Shown here piece by piece: positions 1 through 8,999 of a DNA stretch of 64,000 nt. The notes under the pieces are model-generated. The model searched no databases. It was given only the letters and a program-made list of their open reading frames with translations, and was not told the DNA's origin. The stretch lies in contig CAVULX010000002.1 of the NCBI GenBank assembly GCA_963742415.1, forward strand, positions 1 through 64,000, read 5' to 3'. Source of the DNA: an uncultured Parachlamydiaceae bacterium (lineage in GTDB: Bacteria; Chlamydiota; Chlamydiia; Chlamydiales; Parachlamydiaceae). The position numbers and the translations under genes were made by a program. The number at the start of each line of letters is the position of its first letter. Position 1 is the stretch's first letter.

Positions 1-1341
1 GGAAAAACTAGGTTGGCGGAGGAATTTGGTAAGAACTATAGGACTTTGATTTTTACCGGCCTTCCTCCAACAGAGGGTATGACAGCTCAGTTACAGCGTG
101 ATCATTTTGCCAGTCAACTTGCAAGAAAACTTCTTATCCCAACTCCACGATCTAATGATTGGAATGACCTTTTTTGGGTATTAGCTCACCATACAAAAGA
201 AGGAAGAGTATTAGTTGTTTTCGATGAAATTTCTTGGATAGGAATGAATGATCCTACATTTCTTGGAAAGCTCAAAACGGCATGGGACACCGACTTCAAA
301 AAAAATTCTAAGTTGATCCTTATGCTAACCGGGTCCGTTTCGAGCTGGATCGAGAAAAATATTCTGAGTAGTACAGGGTTTGTAGGCCGCATTTCTCTGG
401 ATATGACTCTTAACGAACTTCCTCTTTATAGGTGTAATGAGTTTTGGCAATCTGAACGCGATCGAGTTAGCTCATATGAGAAATTTAAGTTGCTGGCTGT
501 AACAGGAGGCGTTCCCCGCTATCTTGAAGAAATTATACCAAATCTCTCCTCGGAAGAAAATATCCGGCGTCTATGCTTCCAAAGCGGAGGACTTCTTGTA
601 AAAGAATATCAACGTATCTTTTCAGATCTTTTCCACAAAAGGGGACAATTATATAGCAAAATCATAACTCGCCTGGCCGATGGGTTTTGCGATCAAGAGG
701 AAATTCGTAAAGCTATTGGAATGGAAAGAGGCGGGAGGCTTTCAGAATATCTTTACGAATTAGAAACAGCTGGTTTCATTAGTCAAGATAATACCTGGCA
801 TATAAAAACGGGGAAGATATCTAAGCTTCGTAAGTATAGACTAAAAGATAACTACCTCCGCTTTTATCTAAAATATATAGAACCAAACCTTCCAAAGATT
901 GAGCAGGATCGATACCTCATTAATCCCACTCAATGGCCTGCTATTTTTGGGCTACAGTTTGAAAATTTAGTGCTTAGCAATAGAGGTCGTATTTTAGAAC
1001 TTCTCTATATTGATCCCCACGATGTAGTTTGGGATAATCCTTATTTCCAGGAAAAAACGAGAAAACATTCTGGATGTCAAATCGATTATCTTATTCAAAC
1101 CAGGGATCGAACTCTATATCTTTGCGAGATCAAATTCTCTCAGCAACCAGTATCAAGCGAAGTGATAACCCAGATAGAGAAAAAAATGGAATTATTGCCT
1201 TTACCTAGAGGATTTTCTATCCGACCTATCTTAATACATGTTAATGGAGTAAACGATCAGGTTCAGGCAAAGGAATTTTTTTCCAGGATTCTTGATTTCA
1301 GTCAGTTATTACTTCCACCACAGGACAAAGATAGAAATTAA
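1..1341 (+). CDS. AAA+ ATPase (archaeal-ATPase type) with wHTH and C-terminal PD-(D/E)xK-like domain; 5'-partial
   Basis: Frame is open from base 1, which encodes the end of Walker A (GKTRLAEEF). Also VFDE Walker B, LTGS, TGGVPRYL and C-terminal QIDY...LCEIKF. Confidence 0.85.
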   Translation, partial: GKTRLAEEFGKNYRTLIFTGLPPTEGMTAQLQRDHFASQLARKLLIPTPRSNDWNDLFWVLAHHTKEGRVLVVFDEISWIGMNDPTFLGKLKTAWDTDFKKNSKLILMLTGSVSSWIEKNILSSTGFVGRISLDMTLNELPLYRCNEFWQSERDRVSSYEKFKLLAVTGGVPRYLEEIIPNLSSEENIRRLCFQSGGLLVKEYQRIFSDLFHKRGQLYSKIITRLADGFCDQEEIRKAIGMERGGRLSEYLYELETAGFISQDNTWHIKTGKISKLRKYRLKDNYLRFYLKYIEPNLPKIEQDRYLINPTQWPAIFGLQFENLVLSNRGRILELLYIDPHDVVWDNPYFQEKTRKHSGCQIDYLIQTRDRTLYLCEIKFSQQPVSSEVITQIEKKMELLPLPRGFSIRPILIHVNGVNDQVQAKEFFSRILDFSQLLLPPQDKDRN

Positions 1342-1526
1342 GTGGTGTTAGGCAAGCTGCAGCCCAGTCTTTAACTCACAGAGTTAAATTTGAGTAAAAA
1401 GATATATTGACAGATTCTTTTTTGATTAGCAAAAACTATCTGCAAATCAACATTTTTCTAATTTTGAGGGAAATTTTTGTTATACTGTATAATTAACGTA
1501 AGTTGCAAATAATAAAATTTATTGTC

Positions 1527-1577
1527 TCTCTGTGTTCTCTGTGGTTGAATTTTAATAAACCACAGAGATCACAGAGA
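1527..1577. repeat. REP-like hairpin, CACAGAG family
   Basis: TCTCTGTGTTCTCTGTGGTT pairs with AACCACAGAGATCACAGAGA. Confidence 0.8.
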
Positions 1578-1782
1578 ACACAGATTTCCATTGGGAAGCT
1601 GCCATAGTCCGTAAAGTTCCATCACAGTCATAACTATAAAAGATCTCTCCGGCTCGGTTGTGAGCTTTTAAAGGCTTGCCAAAAAGGTCATATGTATCAT
1701 ATTGCTGTTAAAAACGAACAATTTCATTGAACCTAATTGTGTATAGTAATAAAAACATATAAAACCGTACCGGAGATTGTCC

Positions 1783-2655
1783 ATGAACATAGACCGTGTA
1801 ACCAATGCGAATGACAATACAGTCGTTGCCAGTAGCAATAAATTGATTGTTTTAATCACCCATATGCGTAGTTGTTCCACACCCTTAGTACGTTCGATAA
1901 ACAACCTGTCGGTTGAAGTGTTCAACGAGAATTCTCAATATGCTTTTGCCTTAACGACCCCGTATAAAGATGCAGTTAAACCTTGGTTTAGAGATAACGC
2001 TCCAACAACTTTTGCTGAGGTCAAGGAAAGAGTGTTTAAAGCGCTGCGTAATAATAATGTCTTAATGAAAGAGGAAAGCATAGCTGTTAGCAAATTTATC
2101 CCCGAAGATGAAGAGTTTATTAAAAATCCAGCTATTAGATTTGTCTTTTTAGTAAGAAATCCTCACCATGCTGTTATTTCGTTTTATCAAAAGAGTGGTG
2201 TTTTCGAGGGGTTTTCTAACTTTCTTGGATACAAAGCGATCCTCGATATCTATAATGCTGTTAGAGAAAAAGGAGCTATTCATCCCCTTATTATCATCCA
2301 TTCTGAAGATCTATACAACAAGCCAAAAGAAACGATGGAAAAATTTTGTTCTGATGTGGAGATTCCTTACGATGATGCAGCCTTAACTTGGGAACCTCTG
2401 GGCGATGATTTTACAGGAGAAAAAGAATGGCACGAGATAAAAGTGCAAGAAAAAACCAAATATTGGCATAGAGAAGCCATGGAAAGTAGCGGCTTTAAAA
2501 AACCCAGTGAATACGCTGTCGATGAGAATGGAAGTCCTACCTTTGCTGAAATTAGCGATGTTGAGGATCAAAAAGCTTGCCAGAAAGCGTATACAGAAAA
2601 TATGGACGCCTATTTGATGATAAAAGAGCATTCTGATGCAAAAAACAAAACATAG
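1783..2655 (+). CDS. Sulfotransferase-like P-loop protein
   Basis: HMRSCST N-terminal motif, FLVRNPHHAVISFY, IIHSEDL...P...FC...IPYDD..LTW. Confidence 0.7.
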   Translation: MNIDRVTNANDNTVVASSNKLIVLITHMRSCSTPLVRSINNLSVEVFNENSQYAFALTTPYKDAVKPWFRDNAPTTFAEVKERVFKALRNNNVLMKEESIAVSKFIPEDEEFIKNPAIRFVFLVRNPHHAVISFYQKSGVFEGFSNFLGYKAILDIYNAVREKGAIHPLIIIHSEDLYNKPKETMEKFCSDVEIPYDDAALTWEPLGDDFTGEKEWHEIKVQEKTKYWHREAMESSGFKKPSEYAVDENGSPTFAEISDVEDQKACQKAYTENMDAYLMIKEHSDAKNKT

Positions 2656-2744
2656 CGAATATGTTATGTATATGCAAACAGCTTTGTCGTAAAAAAAACT
2701 CCCATGGGAAATAAAAGAACTTCCTGCGCCCAAAGCTTGAAATG

Positions 2745-2912
2745 GGTGTTTTACCGGAACTTCGGCGGTCGGGCTTAAGTGATCCTTGCAATTCCCATCG
2801 CCTCAAAGTTTGAACAGAAACACCTAATATTTCTGCTGCTTTGCCAATCTTAACAAATCTACTCATATGAGTAGATATTATCAGATTTATACAGATTTTA
2901 TCAAGCAGTTAA
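2745..2912 (-). mobile_element. IS607-family remnant: element end plus truncated TnpA HTH
   Basis: MSRFVKIGKAAEILGVSVQTLRRWE...LKPDRRSSGKT, then unrelated sequence. AGATWTWW direct repeats lie just upstream (2874-2900). Confidence 0.75.
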
Positions 2913-2962
2913 CATTTTTGAGCCTTTTTGCGGAAAAGCGGTCAACTTGGCCGCGGGGTGTA

Positions 2963-3457
2963 TCAGTTCGAGTCAAGCTCAGGCATCTTTTTATTTGAAT
3001 TGCCCTTTCTGACCCTCCTTTTTTTCTTTTCTAGATTTTTCACGTTGGCTTCAATAGCTTCCAGAGTTGTGGAGCTGATGTGATGTTCTATGCCTTCTAC
3101 ATCTGTGGCTGCAATATGCTCGGGAACTCCTATCAATTTCAAGAATTTGGAAAGGATTTGGTGCTTTTTTTTGGAAAAAAAGGCCATTTCCGTTCCTTTG
3201 GAAGTTAAATCGATGGTTCCATCGGAGTTTTTTTCGAGGTAGCCGTCACGAATAAGCCTTTTAAGTGTATTTAGGACAGAAACATGGGTTATGCCCATTT
3301 CTCTTGCGACATCGCAAACTCTTGCATAACCCTGGACATTGATGATGTCTGCGATCAGCTCGGTATAGTCCTCTGCAATTTCATAAAGGCGGTTGTTGCG
3401 TGTCTCTTTGAAGTGTGCTGCCCGTTGACTGCATTTCAATGCTTGGGATTTGCCCAT
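2963..3457 (-). CDS. mntR: MntR/DtxR-family metal-dependent transcriptional regulator
   Basis: AEDYTELIADI, ARVCDVAREMGI HTH, DVEGIEHHIS. Confidence 0.85.
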   Translation of the reverse strand: MGKSQALKCSQRAAHFKETRNNRLYEIAEDYTELIADIINVQGYARVCDVAREMGITHVSVLNTLKRLIRDGYLEKNSDGTIDLTSKGTEMAFFSKKKHQILSKFLKLIGVPEHIAATDVEGIEHHISSTTLEAIEANVKNLEKKKRRVRKGNSNKKMPELDSN

Positions 3458-3561
3458 AAATTTCTTGTCTTTAGAGAGAGGGCCGAACCTCTCCCTTTTT
3501 ATTGCCGAAATGGTTGCAGTATGCTACATCTCTTTGATTTTTACAATCTACTCGATTTTGC

Positions 3562-4269
3562 TTATTGCAAATTTTCCATTTCTATTATCAAGGGCCTAAT
3601 GGAGATGATTTTTTTGTAAGTGATAGGTTTTTGCCCATAAGGTTGTAGATCTTCTTTTAAACGCAAATAAAGCCGATTAGCATTTTCGCTGAGTTCTATT
3701 AACTCTAATGAGCTTCTATTTTCTTTGAGGCCATTTTCGTCTGTTCCATTTCCACTTATTGACTTTGATAATTCAGCAAAATGTCTTGTATAGCAATCAT
3801 TGATAACTTCTCCAGCAAGTTTGTGGTATGGACCCTGAAAAACTAGTTTAAAGGCTACGTATGCCAAGACCAAGGCATCCATCATAAATTGTCCAGCTTG
3901 ATCTCCATTCGTGAGGTTTAATCCCTCATTAAGCCGGACGTTTTTATTTGAAGAAAATACTTTGGAAAAACTTGAGTCATTATCAACTTCTATGCCGGCA
4001 AAAACGCCTCTAGTTAGAAGATAAATAATATAAGCAGTGCCAGCGCAGAAGCCTGTTTTAAAGATGGTTTCTAATGGATTTCTAAGAACACTCCAAAACA
4101 GTTTTTTTGAATACGGTATGGCAATATTTTTCCATTCAAGACGGTTTTTTACAGTAGCTTGAATCTGCTCCACTATAGAGATTATATCTTCATCAATTTG
4201 AAAGTCTAGACGACCGGTTGAGTAGATTCTATGGAGGGTTGTATCGGTTGCATCGCTGTTTATGTTCAT
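3562..4269 (-). CDS. Hypothetical protein with two hydrophobic segments
   Basis: 235-aa ORF; FCAGTAYIIYLL and ALVLAYVAFKLVF. Confidence 0.6.
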   Translation of the reverse strand: MNINSDATDTTLHRIYSTGRLDFQIDEDIISIVEQIQATVKNRLEWKNIAIPYSKKLFWSVLRNPLETIFKTGFCAGTAYIIYLLTRGVFAGIEVDNDSSFSKVFSSNKNVRLNEGLNLTNGDQAGQFMMDALVLAYVAFKLVFQGPYHKLAGEVINDCYTRHFAELSKSISGNGTDENGLKENRSSLELIELSENANRLYLRLKEDLQPYGQKPITYKKIISIRPLIIEMENLQ

Positions 4270-4438
4270 TGGTTTTTTCTCCTTTTTGGTGAGTAGTATT
4301 GTAACCGAAGTTACAAGTAACCGCGATTACATGTCAATCCAAAAAGAAAATTATATACATAGGATGGTGCTGGCAAAAAAATTCCTTTATCGGATAATTG
4401 CATCTTTTAAAATTAACAGGCATTATACAGGAAAGAGA

Positions 4439-4700
4439 ATGCCAGAGATCAGCAGGTTTTTAGGGATTGCGATACGGATGTATCCAAATGAGCACAACCC
4501 ACCACATTTTCACGCATTCTATGGCAATGATGTTGCTGTATATCAGTATTGAGAATGGACAGATGATTCAAGGTTATTTTCCATCTAAAAAAGCAGCGTT
4601 AGTGACCGCATGGACAATCATCCACCATGATGAGTTATTAAAAAACTGGAATAGATTAGCTGTTGGCAAACAAATATCAAAAATTAAACCTTTGGAATAG
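4439..4700 (+). pseudogene. DUF4160 toxin-like gene, frameshifted near 4540
   Basis: MPEISRFLGIAIRMYPNEHNPPHFHAFY in one frame continues as ISIENGQMIQGYFP...AW...HHDELLKNW...IKPLE in the next frame. Confidence 0.85.
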
Positions 4701-4703
4701 CTG

Positions 4704-5045
4704 ATGAGAAGAGTTTCTAATGTAAAATATTTACATGACTACATTTTGCAGATAATATTCAACGAGGGAGAAACAAAAGTAGTTAATTTCAGCGAATTGG
4801 TCGATAAGGGCGGTTATTATTTTAGTCCACTAAAAGATATAAAACTTTTTAAAAAAGTTAGTCTAGATGAATTCAATTATACAATTTGTTGGCCTAATGG
4901 TGCCGATCTAAGTCCAGATATCCTTTATGAGATGGGTGTTGAAATGAAGAAAAGCACAAAGAAACCGTCTACAAGACGAACTAAGCTATCTCATTCAATA
5001 GGATCAAAGCCCAGAGCTGCTATTTCAGCTAAATCTAAACGTTAA
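4704..5045 (+). CDS. DUF2442 antitoxin-like protein
   Basis: VKYLHDYILQIIFNEGE, FSPLKD...F, TICWPNGADLSPDILY; directly follows the DUF4160 gene. Confidence 0.85.
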   Translation: MRRVSNVKYLHDYILQIIFNEGETKVVNFSELVDKGGYYFSPLKDIKLFKKVSLDEFNYTICWPNGADLSPDILYEMGVEMKKSTKKPSTRRTKLSHSIGSKPRAAISAKSKR

Positions 5046-5298
5046 GATTTCTTGGGTGAGTTTCAACAAACGTCATTAAAGTCCCATAGATGGTCAGCTC
5101 ATGGGGTCCAACAAAAAAACTAGTCAGGAGCTAAAAACTGAACTGGTTAGTTCCTTGAAAAAATTATACTATTTGCTATAAAAATATATTTTGATAAATA
5201 ACACCTTTCAATGGGATGAAAATATTTCACTCTCTACGGCTCACCGCTAAATGGAAGAAATATGAATACTCTAAATACATAAAATACTTTTATTACTG

Positions 5299-5508
5299 AT
5301 GTTAGAAAAACTGAAGTTCGTATACATCATCAGCTTTTTAATCACATTATCTGCATGTAATAGGGCCCCATCCCAAAATATTTTGGGTTCATATTTTCCG
5401 GCATGGATGCTCTGCGCCTTCTTTGGTATTATCCTAACAGTCATTGCCCATATCATTTTTGCTAAGATTGGTATTGAGGAATTCATTCCTGAAATCTTAT
5501 TTCACTAG
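5299..5508 (+). pseudogene. YtcA-family lipoprotein, probably 3'-truncated
   Basis: LSAC lipobox and APSQNILGSYFPAWMLC; runs into a convergent ORF fragment. Confidence 0.65.
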
Positions 5509-5797
5509 GGCAAATGTCTTTATATATTTTGTAAATAAGCTCTTCGCTTAAAGGCGTACACGCGATCACTTTATCAGGGTCGCAAATTTTAAAGATTTGC
5601 CACCATGCAGGCTTAATATCACCTTTCAATAAAGGAATTATCGCATTTAGACGTCCGCCCCACATGTTGAAAGAAAAATGGAAGATGTCAGTTAATTGCT
5701 TAGAAATTTCGGATGACTCAGGATCAACAATAAAAGCATATCTTAGCGGGCGAGAAGTGTGGATAATCGAACGCAATTCTTGAGTTTCTAGTGACAT
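5483..5797 (-). pseudogene. Probable N-terminal fragment of a larger conserved hypothetical protein
   Basis: RPLRYAFIV...WGGRLNAIIP...DPD motif set; ends abruptly inside the ytcA-like gene. Confidence 0.45.
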
Positions 5798-5830
5798 GAT
5801 TATATATTACTTATTCTAAGAAATTGATAA

Positions 5831-6190
5831 TTATTTTCCTAAAGCAGCAATGCGAGTGTTTGAATAAGATTCTCCAATCCATGTGCTACCCCGTTCTGAC
5901 TGCGATTTGGCTGGGCTGATCATAATATTGACATCTTGTCTTAATTCATTTAGGAAACGAATAAGACGTTCTAATGAAAAGCTTCTTAATCTTCCACGAA
6001 TCAAAGCAGAAATTTTTGATCAATGCCTAAAATTTCAGCAGCATGCTTTTGAGTGAGTTTTTTTCTTCTTAATGAGTTTAGCAATTTGTCGAGCTCGCTC
6101 GGACTTTGCTAAAGCTTCTTCAGGATTTTCAATTCCTAAATCTGCAAAGACGTTTCCGGAGCTTTCTTCGTATACGATCTTTTCTTTCAT
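5831..6190 (-). pseudogene. XRE/HTH antitoxin (HigA-like) with two frameshifts
   Basis: Manual translation: MKEKIVYEESSGNVFADLGIENPEEALAKS...KKKK / LTQKHAAEILGIDQ / KISALIRGRLRSFSLERLIRFLNELRQDV. Not in the ORF track. Confidence 0.85.
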
Positions 6191-6192
6191 AA

Positions 6193-6293
6193 CTACCTTT
6201 CTCCCTTTAGTTCTTTGTATAGGACCTCGGCCTCTTTTAAGCGGCGCTTAACTAAATCAATTTCTTGCTTAGGGTTTGCAATGTTATTTTTGC
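6193..6293 (-). pseudogene. 3' remnant of a RelE/HigB (Gp49-like) toxin
   Basis: SKNNIANPKQEIDLVKRRLKEAEVLYKELKGER*, ending 2 bp before the antitoxin ATG. Confidence 0.7.
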
Positions 6294-7475
6294 TTACTTT
6301 AACTTGGGAATTGCCCGGATCATGAACTCATCAAATAATGGCACTGTAAAGGCCATGTCCCCATACGCAGGACTATAGATCATTCCTTTCTTAATCAGCC
6401 TAGCCCGTAGTGGTCCTAAGGATCCGATTTTAATTTTTAAGATATCCGCAATATCTCCTGTACGTTGAGCATTAGGCCCAAGCTCTGCCATGGCCCGCAG
6501 AAAATGCTTTTCACTTGGAGTAAGTCGATCAAAACGAACGCGGAAAAAATTTTTATCAAGCCGTGAAATTACTGTGGGGGTTGCATCCTGAACAACTTTT
6601 AATGTAATTGTACTAGTTGTGGAGTGATTCCAGGCTTGATAACCCCATTCTTGAAGAAAATATGGATACCCCTTCGTTATGCGATATATTTCTTGGAGAG
6701 CAGAGGGTTCAAAAGCAACTCCCTCAGCTTGTGCAGGCTCTTTTAAAGCTTTTGCAGCGTCTTCTTTAGATAATGCACCTATTTCAGGAAAACTGAAAAG
6801 CCTTTCTGCATAAGATTTTGAGTCCCCGGCCAGCCCAGGAAGTATTGGCAACCCTGCTCCCAAGAGTACAAGTGGGAGTTGGCGTTGTTGAATTTTATGC
6901 ATAGCCATAATAAGCGCGCCGAGCTCTTTCTGATTAAAATATTGAATTTCATCAATAAGGATTACTACAGCGCATTTACGGTCTTCAGCTGCTTCTCCAA
7001 TGGCTATGAACAGATTTGGTAAATCTATTTCCAAATCACCACTATCAGCGGCTCCTTTTTCGGGCTCAATATCGAGTCCAAAGGTTGCATCATGTACTGT
7101 AAGCTGAAGAGATCCAATAAAACTTCGAAGAACAGCTAACCCACGTTTGACTTTATTTCCTACCCCGGCAATACGATCCAAATCAAAAAGTAAACTTCTT
7201 AAACATGGAGCGAGCATCGGACCCAATGCTTTATTTTCATGTGCTTCAATAAAAATTGTTCGACATCCATTTTCTTTGGCCATACGTTCAATTTCATTGA
7301 GCAGTACTGTTTTGCCTACTCCTCGTAGTCCATTAAGCAGCATGCTCTTTTCGGGACGCCTGTTTTTGATCCTACCTATAAGAATTCTTGCCTGTTCTAG
7401 TATCGGATCTCTACCCACCAAATCTGGTGGAGGTGAGCCTGCTCCCGGGCAATATGGGTTTTTGATGGGATCCAT
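6294..7475 (-). CDS. AAA ATPase with C-terminal winged HTH
   Basis: NPYCPGAGSPP..LVGR, GLRGVGKT, LIDEIQ, GYPYFLQ; C-terminal LTPSEK.FL.AM...RARLIKKGMIY. Confidence 0.9.
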   Translation of the reverse strand: MDPIKNPYCPGAGSPPPDLVGRDPILEQARILIGRIKNRRPEKSMLLNGLRGVGKTVLLNEIERMAKENGCRTIFIEAHENKALGPMLAPCLRSLLFDLDRIAGVGNKVKRGLAVLRSFIGSLQLTVHDATFGLDIEPEKGAADSGDLEIDLPNLFIAIGEAAEDRKCAVVILIDEIQYFNQKELGALIMAMHKIQQRQLPLVLLGAGLPILPGLAGDSKSYAERLFSFPEIGALSKEDAAKALKEPAQAEGVAFEPSALQEIYRITKGYPYFLQEWGYQAWNHSTTSTITLKVVQDATPTVISRLDKNFFRVRFDRLTPSEKHFLRAMAELGPNAQRTGDIADILKIKIGSLGPLRARLIKKGMIYSPAYGDMAFTVPLFDEFMIRAIPKLK

Positions 7476-7476
7476 T

Positions 7477-7640
7477 TTATACCTAATTATACAGAGTTAT
7501 ACAGGGTTATATAGAAATCAGGATATAACTTACTATAAGTTTAAAGGTCTTTTCCTACGTTAAACTCTCAAACAGACCTATAGATACAAGAACAAAGTTA
7601 TACTTACTTATACATAGTTATACCATAAAAGATGTATAAC
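7477..7640. promoter_or_regulatory. Two 10-bp-phased TTATAC arrays (putative operator)
   Basis: TTATAY at 7477, 7487, 7497, 7507 and at 7598, 7608, 7618; inverted copies at 7523 and 7634. Confidence 0.6.
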
Positions 7641-7840
7641 ATGCTAGAAGTTTTTTCTTCTATATAATCGAGCAAAATTTTGTCAGCTCAAGGAAATTTT
7701 CCTGGATCAATGGTGGACCAAATTTGACGCCAAACTAATTGAAGGCACCTCAAATGAGGATAGACTCTTAGGCCAATTTTTAATAAAAAGGAAGACTTTT
7801 GATAGTTTCAGCCCATGCTAATCTGGTTCAGAAACAAATT

Positions 7841-8428
7841 CTAAAGCCTATCTGCGAGTGTAAAATTGATTTTGCCTTTAGGAATATTTCCAGAATCTGG
7901 AAACGTAATTCCCAACTTGCGGGGGCTTTTAAGCTCTCCACGGAAGGGAAGTTTACCCCCTATCATGATCGTGCCTTGTACATAGCAAGCAATCTCTTCT
8001 AAATTGCTAGGGCAAACCTTTGCTAATGCATGATAAAAATTTTTATTATCAAACTCTTTCTTCTTTGTTTCCCTTCGGATAACCTGAAGACATAATGTTT
8101 TCAAAGAACGGGGCCGTTGAGCATACTTATCTAAGAAATACTTTAATGATTCTTGTTCGCTTATTGAAAGCATTTCTGAAAAGCTTTTCTGAACAAAATC
8201 ACGCCCTTTATTACTCAATATTTCCTCATAAATTCTTCCAAAAATAAGTTCATCAGCTAATAACAACGGTTTAAGTGTTTGTATACAATCTTTTACAAAT
8301 TGATCTGGTGGAGCCGATTGATCAAGTGGAATCGTGTGTATTTCCATATTCAATGCTTTCATATAGCTAAATGCCGCCGTTCTCACATATGTTCCGAATT
8401 TCACTAATCCCATCTGACGAAGCGCCAA
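7841..8428 (-). CDS. Hypothetical protein; start uncertain, possibly 5'-truncated
   Basis: 195-aa ORF from TTG. The frame stays open about 60 codons upstream, up to the repeat near 8625, without an ATG. Confidence 0.45.
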   Translation of the reverse strand: MALRQMGLVKFGTYVRTAAFSYMKALNMEIHTIPLDQSAPPDQFVKDCIQTLKPLLLADELIFGRIYEEILSNKGRDFVQKSFSEMLSISEQESLKYFLDKYAQRPRSLKTLCLQVIRRETKKKEFDNKNFYHALAKVCPSNLEEIACYVQGTIMIGGKLPFRGELKSPRKLGITFPDSGNIPKGKINFTLADRL

Positions 8429-8673
8429 AATAAAATAAGGTTCAACTGAAGGTAATAACTTAATAGGTACTTTTTCATTATTCTTTGTTAGAAAAAAAAT
8501 ACTTCTACCAAAAACATTCTCGCATATGCGTTTGAAATTCTTATCAGATATTTTATTGAGAATGACAGGGTTTCGGAAAAGAGAAAGTAATAACGCAATT
8601 CTTGTGTCATTTGAAATTGGAGTGCGTCAAAAATCTGAGTTTTTGAGTCACGTTCGGTATACTTGCCGCAAAC

Positions 8674-8904
8674 CTATTTCATCTTGCGGCGGCTTCGCAT
8701 CGTGCTTCGTTTCCAACCCTCAGCGGTTTGAATCCTTATTTTAGACTTAAGCCCTTTTACTGGCCTATTACTCAACTTTGCCCCTGTAGCTGTTGTCCTT
8801 TTTGCCATTACGATTTTTTTTGCAGGCATTTCCTTTTTCGGTTTCGCTTTTACAATAGATTTTGCCGCTGGCTTGCGAGCGCTTACTGTTTTTTTAAGAG
8901 CCAT
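8674..8904 (-). CDS. Small Lys/Arg/Ala-rich basic (histone-like) protein
   Basis: 76 aa, very basic, with a GGAGG RBS upstream. Confidence 0.7.
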   Translation of the reverse strand: MALKKTVSARKPAAKSIVKAKPKKEMPAKKIVMAKRTTATGAKLSNRPVKGLKSKIRIQTAEGWKRSTMRSRRKMK

Positions 8905-8999
8905 TTTTTACCTCCATTCTTTCCGTCCGCTTCCCCAGGTGCATTTTCCGTGCCAATTCGCTATAATGAAGAAGAAAAATCTATAAATTTTGATAGGCA

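Noticed and set aside
7648-7821. Startless plus-strand open frame of about 57 codons
   Set aside because: No start codon or recognisable motif.
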